22,672 nucleotides of DNA from Candidatus Micrarchaeia archaeon (GTDB lineage Archaea > Micrarchaeota > Micrarchaeia > Micrarchaeales > CABMGC01), in the NCBI GenBank assembly GCA_049976305.1, contig JBMFIM010000012.1, positions 1-22,672 of the forward strand, in the 5' to 3' direction. The notes under the pieces are model-generated. The model saw only the letters and a list, made by a program, of their open reading frames with translations. It was not told the origin of the DNA and searched no databases. Shown here one piece after another: positions 1 to 7,674 of this stretch. Positions within the stretch are counted from its first letter, which is position 1. Every line of letters begins with the position of its first letter. A program made the position numbers and the translations under genes.

Positions 1-158
1 AGTTGGAACAAGGCGCCGAGCACAACCGCGATTATGAGAATTGCCCAGCCATAAGTCATTAAGTATTCCATTGCGCTTTGCGCTTTTGCAGAATAAGAAA
101 ATTTTGGTTTGGGCTTGGCTTCTCTGTGCTGCTTGCTGTGCATGCCATTGCTACCCAT
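1..158 (-). CDS. 5' part of a class III (type IV pilin-like) signal peptide protein; continues off the left edge
   Basis: Not in the ORF track. ATG at 158 reads MGSNGMHSKQHREAKPKPKFSYSAKA|QSAMEYLMTYGWAILIIAVVLGALFQ. GAGGA RBS-like site upstream. Paralog of 894..2657. Confidence 0.9.
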   Translation of the reverse strand, partial: MGSNGMHSKQHREAKPKPKFSYSAKAQSAMEYLMTYGWAILIIAVVLGALFQ

Positions 159-211
159 TTCCTCGTAGCAAATATAGAAAAAAACTTAAAAACCTGTGCT
201 ATTGCGCTATT
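1..211. repeat. Direct repeat copy 1 (promoter + pilin N-terminus) of 2497..2710
   Basis: 1-77 is identical to 2497-2573 and 110-152 is identical to 2609-2651. Upstream regions are near-identical up to 211/2710. Confidence 0.95.
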
Positions 212-223
212 GGTGCCTTCTGG

Positions 224-885
224 CTAATGACCCTCTTGGCTTTCGACCTTGCTCCCCTTGGCACGCCATCTCGATGCAATGATAAAAATAACGATGACAA
301 GTACGATTACTATCGCACTCCCAAAAATCAACTCGCTTGTTCCTGGTTTGCTGCTTTCAGGATGCGGACCAGGCCCCGGATACAGCTGTAGGGGAGAGTA
401 CGGCAGGCCTGTAAGTTTGCTAAGATACTTCAGAGGCAGGTTTGGAGAGATGTTTTTGCCTTCGGCAAGGATCTGGAGTATCGAGTCGTTGGAAAGCACT
501 GCGAGCAGAGCGAAAGAGCGGTTATAAAACTCGGTATGCAGCTCCAGCGGTCCAAACTGTGCGAAGTCGAACGACTTGTTCAGTGCCTCTGGCGGAACCA
601 ACATGCCTGGTTGTAGCGCATTTGATCCAAAGACAGCAGTATAGGTTTTTGAAGCGTCTGAGTGGCTAAGGTAATTACTTATTCTCAGGGTTATCGTGTA
701 GTTGGTTGTGGCATTGGTTGTTAAATTTATTATGTACTCGTATGCTGTTGTAAGATTATGGCAAAAGTGCAATTGCCCCCTTTCAGCGCTTGCGTGACAT
801 TTCCGCCTGCCAGGTATGTTTTGGGCATGAGGCTACCTATGCCAATCAGCATTATGAAGAACGAAAACAGCAGGTATTCTTTCAC
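224..885 (-). pseudogene. Frameshifted secreted protein with C-terminal membrane anchor (real lesion or sequencing error)
   Basis: GTG at 885 after a GGTGA RBS gives signal-like MKEYLLFSFFIMLIGIGSLMPKTYLAGGNVTQALKGGNCTF. The body (ORF 224..772) is in a neighbouring frame and ends in TM helix LIFGSAIVIVLVIVIFIIA plus basic tail SRWRAK. One added base in the A4 run (763-766) or C5 run (776-780) fuses them. Confidence 0.7.
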
Positions 886-893
886 GCCATCAC

Positions 894-2657
894 CTAAGTT
901 TCATACACTGAATCAACATAGGTATATCCTTCATTGACCATGCAAGATGTGGTGCTATACTGGACCACTTTAATATACCTGTACGTGCCTGTGATGGAGC
1001 TGCTTATTGGAGCGCTAGAACTACCATAGCTTCCCGTGCCCGTAAACGTGTACGATGCGAAGTTTGTCCATGTGCTGCCATCTGGCGAGGCATACCAGTT
1101 TATGCTGAAGTTTGTGCAGTATCCGCCACTGTCGGCGGTGGCTTGTCCATACCACACGGCTGTGAACGTTCCTGTCAAATTTGATCCGAAATCCCATACC
1201 CACGTTGCCCCCTCGTCTTGTGCTATCCACGCGTCATAAGTAGACATGTAGCCGTACACGCCATCAAGCGCCAGCGTATCTTGAGGATTGGTTTGCTGGT
1301 TGCTGCCCGATGGATTCCAGCTTCCTTGAGTAGAAAAGCTTGGTGAAGATAGTGCGTAGAGTATAGTGGAGGTTGAGGTTGCTGTAGAGGTTGGAAACAT
1401 ATAAGCTGCAATGGCGTAATCGCCTTCACCGTTAAGCGAACCAGAAACAGTATAAATTCCTGGAGGCATGTTTAAGCACTCTGCTGCATAAGTGGTCTCG
1501 TACGAATCTCCTCCATTATGGTAGAATAGTGTACTGCAACCTGATGGTATCGATACACTAGAGCATTCGTACCAACCACATGCCAATGATAATACTACAT
1601 TAGACTGCTTCGAAACGAAGAAACTCCAGCTAAATGAGGATACGTCGCTAGAAGCTGCGCCTGTTGCGACTGTGTATCCAATGGAAGAATCTACCGCCAC
1701 ACCCCCTACTGCTATATCACTACTGTCTGAAGAGTCACTGCAAACATTGGATGACTGATGCCCGACGCTTGCGTAAGCGTAAGTTGAATATGATGTAGCA
1801 TCGGGAGACCAAGAATAATTACTTAATGCATCGTTGCCATCTCCCCCATTGCAGAAATAATAATTAGCACCGCTGGGCAATGTATAATTAGCTGCTGTTG
1901 TACCGGTTGACCCGCCGTACCCTACTATTTCAAACAGTATTGTGGTTGTAGAGGTTGTAGATATCGTAGAAGTGGTGGTTGACGTAGTTGTAGAGGTTGT
2001 AGATGCTGAGGTTGTTGAGATTGAGGAGGTTGTAGATGCTGAGGTTGAGGAGGTTGTAGAGAGTGTCGTAGATGTAGTGGTTACCGTTGTTGTCGAAGAA
2101 GCAGGAGCAGCCGAAGATGTAGATTGGACTTTGGTGGTCAAGGTGCCGATCTCTACTGTTTGCGATATGCCTGATTTAGTAAAGCCGAGATAGACATAGC
2201 CTGTTAAAGGCGTGCCGAGAGAGTATGAGCCAGGGTATGGCGAACCTGTTGGAAGCTGCAGCTGCACAGTTGCCTCTTGACCCATGTTGAGAGTGCCGAT
2301 GCTGGCGCTCGCCGCATTGCTCAATGTGCCGCCGCTAGGCACAAAATACACGTTGACATTGCTTAGTTGCTGCGCTATCGCTTGGCCTACTGTAACTGTG
2401 AGAACGCCGCTGGTCGAAAGAACAGGGTTGCTGCATAGGAATCCTGACTGCGGAATGCAGCCTGCAGGCAAGTATGATTTTGTAGTGAAGACACCGAGTT
2501 GGAACAAGGCGCCGAGCACAACCGCGATTATGAGAATTGCCCAGCCATAAGTCATTAAGTATTCCATTGCGCTCTGGGCTCTTGCATAACAAGCAAATCG
2601 TGGTTCGCTGGGCTTGGCTTCTCTGTGCTGCTTGCTGTGCATGCCATTGCTGGTCAT
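894..2657 (-). CDS. Large pilin-like surface protein/adhesin: class III signal peptide, pilin domain, Ser/Thr linker, two C-terminal beta-rich domains (last one F5/8 type C/galactose-binding-like)
   Basis: RA|QSAMEY followed by a hydrophobic helix; C-x6-C pilin motif (CIPQSGFLC); ~60 aa S/T linker; ASPDGSTWTNF...YRYIKV pattern typical of discoidin-like domains. Confidence 0.85.
   Translation of the reverse strand: MTSNGMHSKQHREAKPSEPRFACYARAQSAMEYLMTYGWAILIIAVVLGALFQLGVFTTKSYLPAGCIPQSGFLCSNPVLSTSGVLTVTVGQAIAQQLSNVNVYFVPSGGTLSNAASASIGTLNMGQEATVQLQLPTGSPYPGSYSLGTPLTGYVYLGFTKSGISQTVEIGTLTTKVQSTSSAAPASSTTTVTTTSTTLSTTSSTSASTTSSISTTSASTTSTTTSTTTSTISTTSTTTILFEIVGYGGSTGTTAANYTLPSGANYYFCNGGDGNDALSNYSWSPDATSYSTYAYASVGHQSSNVCSDSSDSSDIAVGGVAVDSSIGYTVATGAASSDVSSFSWSFFVSKQSNVVLSLACGWYECSSVSIPSGCSTLFYHNGGDSYETTYAAECLNMPPGIYTVSGSLNGEGDYAIAAYMFPTSTATSTSTILYALSSPSFSTQGSWNPSGSNQQTNPQDTLALDGVYGYMSTYDAWIAQDEGATWVWDFGSNLTGTFTAVWYGQATADSGGYCTNFSINWYASPDGSTWTNFASYTFTGTGSYGSSSAPISSSITGTYRYIKVVQYSTTSCMVNEGYTYVDSVYET
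1951..2060. repeat. Imperfect repeats encoding the Ser/Thr linker
   Basis: GAGGTTGTAGATGCTGAGGTTG occurs exactly at 1993-2014 and 2026-2047; shorter GAGGTTGTAGA copies at 1951 and 2050. Confidence 0.85.
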
Positions 2658-2710
2658 TTCCTCATAGCAAATATTGAAAAAAACTTTAAAACCTGTGCTA
2701 TTGCGCTATT
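2497..2710. repeat. Direct repeat copy 2 (promoter + pilin N-terminus)
   Basis: Matches 1..211. Includes a minus-strand TATA-like TTTTAAAG ~30 nt upstream of the ATG and a GAGGA RBS. Confidence 0.95.
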
Positions 2711-2813
2711 TGCTGTTTGTTCTTCTCAATGCCGCAAACCCGAATGCGCTTGCCTATGTTCCTTCTTGTTCGTATCGTAGCACCAGAAACCTGGCCTTTT
2801 TATTGTGTTAAGG

Positions 2814-2884
2814 TGCGAAAAGGTAGCATTCGCATTTGGTTTAAGTTATTAAAATTGCGAAAAGGATATATTATTATCCTTTTC
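2814..2884. promoter_or_regulatory. Putative promoter/operator of the AbiE pair
   Basis: Perfect 10-bp inverted repeat GAAAAGGATA (2859-2868) / TATCCTTTTC (2875-2884); direct repeat TGCGAAAAGG at 2814 and 2856; TGCGAA/TTCGCA inverted pair 2814-2834. Confidence 0.6.
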
Positions 2885-2901
2885 ATACTATTAATGATAA
2901 A

Positions 2902-3552
2902 ATGCCCTTCTATGAGGAATTGAAGACTGAAGAGCAGCGGCGAATTGCAATGCTGCAAGACACTGCGATAGACATAGTAGACAGAGCTATCAAGTCTTAT
3001 GCGCTCCACGGCGGCACTGCCATTTGGCGGTGCTATAATGGAAACAGGTTTTCCTACGATCTTGATTTCTATTTTGGTGAGAAAGACATATGCAAAAAGA
3101 TCATGAAAATTGCAAGCGCTTATAGTTTGAGATTTGACTGTTCAGATAAACGAAAAGTATATGCTAAGCTATATGGGTACAGCGCTCACGTCGGCATACA
3201 AGCTGATCTAAAAAAGGTTAAAGGAACGCCCGTGAGTTTTCTAAAGTACAACGGCTCCGCAATTACTGTGTTTGTTTTGAGTCCAACCGACCTATTCCTT
3301 GAGAAAATTTCTGCGTATAAAGATAGGCTGGAAAGCAAAGACTTGTATGACCTATATCAGCTTGCGAGCGGAGACCTTTCCGGTGCTTACACTATCAACA
3401 AGGCAAAGATTAAGCCAAAGCTAATCGGGTTGCTGTCGGACTTTAAAAAACCGGCTGACAACTGGCAAGATCTTGAGTTAATGCTGCTGCACGGGAGACT
3501 TCCTACCCTGGAATATGTTCTTTCATATCTTAAGAAATTGGTGCAATCATGA
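2902..3552 (+). CDS. abiEii: AbiEii-family nucleotidyltransferase toxin (type IV toxin-antitoxin)
   Basis: LHGGTAI, RFSYDLDF, EKISA and KDLYDL motifs of AbiEii/DUF1814 nucleotidyltransferases. Confidence 0.9.
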   Translation: MPFYEELKTEEQRRIAMLQDTAIDIVDRAIKSYALHGGTAIWRCYNGNRFSYDLDFYFGEKDICKKIMKIASAYSLRFDCSDKRKVYAKLYGYSAHVGIQADLKKVKGTPVSFLKYNGSAITVFVLSPTDLFLEKISAYKDRLESKDLYDLYQLASGDLSGAYTINKAKIKPKLIGLLSDFKKPADNWQDLELMLLHGRLPTLEYVLSYLKKLVQS

Positions 3553-4142
3553 AGTACATGCTGCCTTTTGTAAAGAAGTTTTCTTCAGACGAATATCCTG
3601 TATTTACTTCAAACGATGCAACAAAATTCTTAACAGAGTTGGGGGCTACAGATACCTATGCAAAATTCCTCATAAAGTATTTGCTTAGAAAAGGACGCAT
3701 TGTAAGGATAACAAAAGGGGTATATAGCTTCAGCCACGACGCGGAACTTTACGGATTTGGCTTCCAGCCCTTTTACTACGGCCTCCAGCATGCGCTTACG
3801 CTTAATGATTTGTGGCCTGAACAAACTTCTCCTGTTGTGATAACTACTAGAAATGTAAGGAGCGGTGTAAGAAACGTCGGAGGCACAAGGATTTTCATTA
3901 AGCACATAGATTCCAAATATTTTTTCGGATTTTATAGCAGAATATACAACAACCGATATTTGCCTGTGTCGGATCCGGAAAAAACACTCATAGACTTTGT
4001 CTATTTTAGGCGGACACTTTCTGAACAGACTTACGCTGAAATAGTAAGAAGGATCGATATAAAGAAACTTAGGGGCTATCTTAAGAATTACAAGCCAAAA
4101 ACAGCAAAGACGGTAATGAAAATAGTTAAGAAATACACCTAA
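3549..4142 (+). CDS. abiEi: AbiEi-family antitoxin / transcriptional regulator
   Basis: N-terminal wHTH (LLRKGRIVRITKGVY), YYGLQHAL and VSDPEKTLID motifs; ATGA overlap with abiEii. Confidence 0.88.
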   Translation: MKYMLPFVKKFSSDEYPVFTSNDATKFLTELGATDTYAKFLIKYLLRKGRIVRITKGVYSFSHDAELYGFGFQPFYYGLQHALTLNDLWPEQTSPVVITTRNVRSGVRNVGGTRIFIKHIDSKYFFGFYSRIYNNRYLPVSDPEKTLIDFVYFRRTLSEQTYAEIVRRIDIKKLRGYLKNYKPKTAKTVMKIVKKYT

Positions 4143-4207
4143 TTGTGCCTTCTTTGATAACTGATTAATTGCTGCCTGCTGCCATTAGGTTGTTGCAAGT
4201 TTTGATT

Positions 4208-4729
4208 CTATCTTTTAAAGATTAGACCGTAATGATATGGGCTTGGCTTAAACTCCTTTTCAAGTTTGAAGTCTCTGAAAATTGATAGGTAATCGCCTTT
4301 TGACATTCTTATCCACATTGGTGGGCCGAACGCTGTTTCTGTCTTTTCCCAGTCTATTACTATTACCTTGCCATTCTGCTTTAGGACACGCAATATTTCC
4401 TGGTATACTGCCTCTCTATCCATATCGTGGAATGAGTTTGCGAGCAATACTGCGTCTAAGCTGCCAGTGGGTATTGATGTATGTGCGGCATCCTCATTCA
4501 AGAAAACAGCGTTTTCTGCTTTTATGTTTTGCCTTGCTTCTTCTATTGCCTTGGCATCGATCTCAACGCAATAAACTTTTGCTGCTAAGTCTTTGAGGTA
4601 TTGGCAGTAAAACCCTGTGCCACAGCCTAGCTCTGCCACTGTATCTTCTTTGCTTATTATCTCCTGCAGGTATCCTTTTGGGTCTTCTCCAGAGCCTCTG
4701 TGCATGAATACGCGGTGCCGGTAATGCAA
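4208..4729 (-). CDS. Class I SAM-dependent methyltransferase (start may be ATG at 4705)
   Basis: ELGCGTG motif I, CVEID, NSFHD, ILRVLKQNGKVIVIDW; abuts the PadR stop codon. Confidence 0.9.
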   Translation of the reverse strand: MHYRHRVFMHRGSGEDPKGYLQEIISKEDTVAELGCGTGFYCQYLKDLAAKVYCVEIDAKAIEEARQNIKAENAVFLNEDAAHTSIPTGSLDAVLLANSFHDMDREAVYQEILRVLKQNGKVIVIDWEKTETAFGPPMWIRMSKGDYLSIFRDFKLEKEFKPSPYHYGLIFKR

Positions 4730-5269
4730 TCAATCGCCTAGCTTGTTTGCAAGCTCCCTCAAAGCCTCAAGGTGTCTTTTCTGCTCGGCGCTGATGCTTG
4801 CATCTTTTTCTAGCGCATTTATTTCGGCAAGAATCTTTTCCTTTATTCCTTCTTTATTATCCTCCTGCCCTGCCTGCTGAGTACCTGCCCGCTCTAAAAG
4901 AGAGCTTAGCGGAAACCATTCCTCTATTTCTGCGATTGCCTGCCTGCCCTTATCAGTTATTTCATAATATTTGCCTTCTTCGGTCTCGCTCCTTTTAAGG
5001 TAGCCTTCGTCTACAAGCCTGTCAAGCTCGAAGTAGACATGGCCTGGGGAAGGCCTCCAGAAGCCATGGCTCAATTGCTCGATGTTGTTCATTATGTCTG
5101 CGCCTCTTATCTTTTGCCTGCTTGCCATTGCCAGGATGAAGTACTTCAGCCCAAAGCCGTGCCTGTGCACGCCGTGCATGCCAAAACGCATGCCCATGCC
5201 ATTGCCGCGCATTCCTCGGCCGTAGCCTCTCCCATAGCCATATTTCTCATTTTCGTATTCGAAGTTCAT
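4730..5269 (-). CDS. PadR-family transcriptional regulator with Gly/Arg/His-rich N-terminal tail
   Basis: WRPSPGHVYFELDRLVDEGYL and YYEITDKGR PadR motifs. Confidence 0.92.
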   Translation of the reverse strand: MNFEYENEKYGYGRGYGRGMRGNGMGMRFGMHGVHRHGFGLKYFILAMASRQKIRGADIMNNIEQLSHGFWRPSPGHVYFELDRLVDEGYLKRSETEEGKYYEITDKGRQAIAEIEEWFPLSSLLERAGTQQAGQEDNKEGIKEKILAEINALEKDASISAEQKRHLEALRELANKLGD

Positions 5270-5283
5270 GGTATCATCTTTTT

Positions 5284-5323
5284 TAGATATCTATTATAGA
5301 TATATCTAATTCAGATATATAAA
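5284..5323 (-). promoter_or_regulatory. PadR promoter with palindromic operator-like repeats
   Basis: Palindromes TAGATATCTA (5284-5293) and TAGATATATCTA (5297-5308); half-site AGATATAT (5313-5320) overlaps minus-strand TTTATATA (5316-5323). Confidence 0.7.
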
Positions 5324-5381
5324 CCTTTGCTTCTGCCTGGCAAACATCATTTAAATAAGATCGCGTGCCATTATTTATCTG

Positions 5382-5648
5382 ATGAATATGATCGTTATGG
5401 TGATCATAGGGGAGAAGAAATACGACTTGCAAAAGCTTGTTATGGAAGCGCTAAGGGAAAATCACGAACTAACATACACAGCGCTGAAGAGCTATTGCGA
5501 AAAGGCAATAAGCACGGATTCCGGCAAAGAGATAGTACTCAATTCTAACACGGTGCGTGCTGCTATTGCCACGCTAGTACAAAGCGGGGTGGCGGAGATT
5601 ACCAGTGAAAGCATTTACGAAGAATTACGTATAGCACTGCGTACGTAA
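5382..5648 (+). CDS. Small hypothetical protein, possibly winged-helix DNA-binding
   Basis: Pattern LVMEALRENHELTYTALKSYC...NTVRAAIATLVQSGVAEI resembles a wHTH. Start could be one of the downstream ATGs. Confidence 0.6.
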   Translation: MNMIVMVIIGEKKYDLQKLVMEALRENHELTYTALKSYCEKAISTDSGKEIVLNSNTVRAAIATLVQSGVAEITSESIYEELRIALRT

Positions 5649-5712
5649 CCTGGGGATATTTTGCTACCAACCTAAGCATAAAAATACGAAATATCGATGA
5701 ATAACTGAAAAT

Positions 5713-5882
5713 ATGCAGATTATCGCAGAAGATAAGCAGGACAAGGATATAATCTAGAAGAGGGGATAATTAAAAATTCTGCGAGACAAAGGGCCCTCTA
5801 GCAGGGAGACATAAACTATTATTTGTGCGCCGCGGGACTCAAACTTGCACAACAGCGTATAACAAAAACACTTTATGGATAG
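5713..5882 (+). pseudogene. Possible degraded wHTH gene remnant
   Basis: Fragments in shifting frames (MQIIAEDKQ / YNLEEGII / KILRDKGPSSRE / NYYLCAAGLKLAQQRITKTL) resemble the upstream small protein. Confidence 0.35.
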
Positions 5883-5973
5883 ATATAGACTAGAAGAGGC
5901 AGAAAAACCAAGTTTGAAAAACATGCCTACTGCTTTACCGATCAGAGCGAGGCTTTCAGGAATGTGCAGGGGT

Positions 5974-7164
5974 TCAGAAACTGAATCTTTTTGTCTTTTT
6001 GTTGAACAGAGCCTTGTAGGCTATACCGCTTGCAAATTGGAAGAGTCCTCCTACTATGATAGGCAAAGGCAAAGCAACCTCCATAAGATAACCAGAAGCG
6101 CCTGCACTAAGCTGCGCTACCCTTGTAGCGATTCCCTGCATACTTGAAGCAGTGCCATAATCCTCGTTGCTTATGCCGCGTATGTTCACATTTGTTCTGC
6201 TCGGATTGCCAAATCCGCCCAGGATCGACCTAAGAAGGTAAAATATAGCTGCAAGAATAAATGTAGGCGAGAGCGCCATCGCGAACACGAAGATGGCTCC
6301 TACTATTCTTGTCATGGCCGCTATGCTTAGCGATTCAAACTTGCTGGCATACTTCATGGAAAGATAAAGGCCGAATGCTGTGAAAAAGTAAACTGCTGTA
6401 AAAAGAGCACCTATTTCAGAGTTTGTTGCTCCATACATTAATTTAAGCCAAAGAGGCAACAAGGGCGCTATTAGGCCCATGCCTGCGCCGCCTAAAATAT
6501 TTACAGCTATTACTTTACTCAAGTAATGCCAACTTTGCTGCGTCATTATTTTTGTAGTCTTCTTTTCTTTGGGCACTTCTTTCAGCGGCAACAAGAAAAC
6601 AACAGAAAGGCCGAGAAGAAATGCCGCAACTGCAAAAAATATCTATAAGCTGCTAGCAGGCCGATAAACTTGCTGGCTACGGAGATGAGCTAAACAATAT
6701 GCTGCCACCAATAGCAGCTATTGACGCTACAAGGCTTATTGAGGAGTAGCGTTTCACACGCTCCTGCTCGTTTCTATAATTATTGGCTATGAAAGCACTA
6801 GAGCCTGGAGAAAAAGAGCCTCGCATGCCGCCTGCACTACCACTAAGCCCTGCAAGGGCCATACCTAAAACAATTAGTGGAATATAAGTAGCGACAGCGA
6901 TAATTGCTACTCCTAAGAAGGTTACTACTTCGCTTATTATCATTTCAGCCTTGAATCCCTTCCTATCCCTATAGCGCCGTAGGCAAAAGTAAGAAGTATT
7001 GTAAAAAGCATAACTAGCGCTGCAATGATGCCTATTCCAACCAAGCTGAGATGTAATGCTGAAAGATAAAGAGAAAAGGCAAGGCTTGTATAGATTAATG
7101 CAATGCTCCTAAGAGCCCTTGAATAAAGCAAGTAATTGAAGGTTTTGTCTACATAGCTTTGCAA
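5974..7164 (-). pseudogene. MFS transporter broken by three single-base deletions (or sequencing errors)
   Basis: ORFs 6940..7164, 6677..6943 and 5974..6594 are consecutive hydrophobic pieces. Adding a base at 6967-6969 restores MFS motif A (GAIGDRKGFK); adding one near 6688-6690 and one in the A6 run 6634-6639 gives a continuous ~398 aa protein. Confidence 0.85.
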
Positions 7165-7224
7165 AATATACCACCAAGTATTTCGCAGATTAGAAATATA
7201 TATCTGAGAATGTAAATTTAAAAT

Positions 7225-7674
7225 ATGTCAGTAAGGGAAGAACCTAACTTTCTTCGAGAAATAATAAAGCTGAAGGAGTATACAACACCGACGCAATTGG
7301 CAGATCTAGAGGAAGCCCTTATAGACATAGATGATAATAAAAACATAAAATATGCAATAGCCTATGAAACTTTAGATCTTTGCAAACTGGCAAAGGAGCA
7401 TAAAAATGAGATGGCAGATGCAGTAATAAAGCTTATCAGAACTCTAGGCCAGAGGCCAAAGGTAATTATGGAGATATTAGGAAGCATAGCAAACACCTTA
7501 TCCATCTATTTGCCAAATGGAATGATAACTGTTGAGCAGGCCATACAATCAATAGAATTAATTGCAGAGCAAGCAGAGGAGGTGAAGAAAATTCCAAAAG
7601 ATAGCGAGGCTGCCGATTTTGCAGTTAAGCTTATTTTAGGATCTGGCGTCCTGAAGAAAATGGTAAGAAGTTAG
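7225..7674 (+). CDS. Hypothetical all-alpha cytoplasmic protein
   Basis: 149 aa ORF with ATG start, amphipathic helical composition and an AT-rich upstream region; no family recognised. Confidence 0.75.
   Translation: MSVREEPNFLREIIKLKEYTTPTQLADLEEALIDIDDNKNIKYAIAYETLDLCKLAKEHKNEMADAVIKLIRTLGQRPKVIMEILGSIANTLSIYLPNGMITVEQAIQSIELIAEQAEEVKKIPKDSEAADFAVKLILGSGVLKKMVRS

Noticed and set aside
41..669. Plus-strand ORFs 41..391, 249..527 and 442..669
   Set aside because: Antisense to better-supported minus-strand genes, with no recognisable motifs.
1942..2193. Val/Glu-rich ORF and repeats resembling a CRISPR array or DGR
   Set aside because: It is the antisense shadow of the Thr/Ser linker; no regular spacers, cas genes or reverse transcriptase.
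5875..6147. 90 aa plus-strand ORF
   Set aside because: Mostly antisense to the MFS 3' end, with no family signal.
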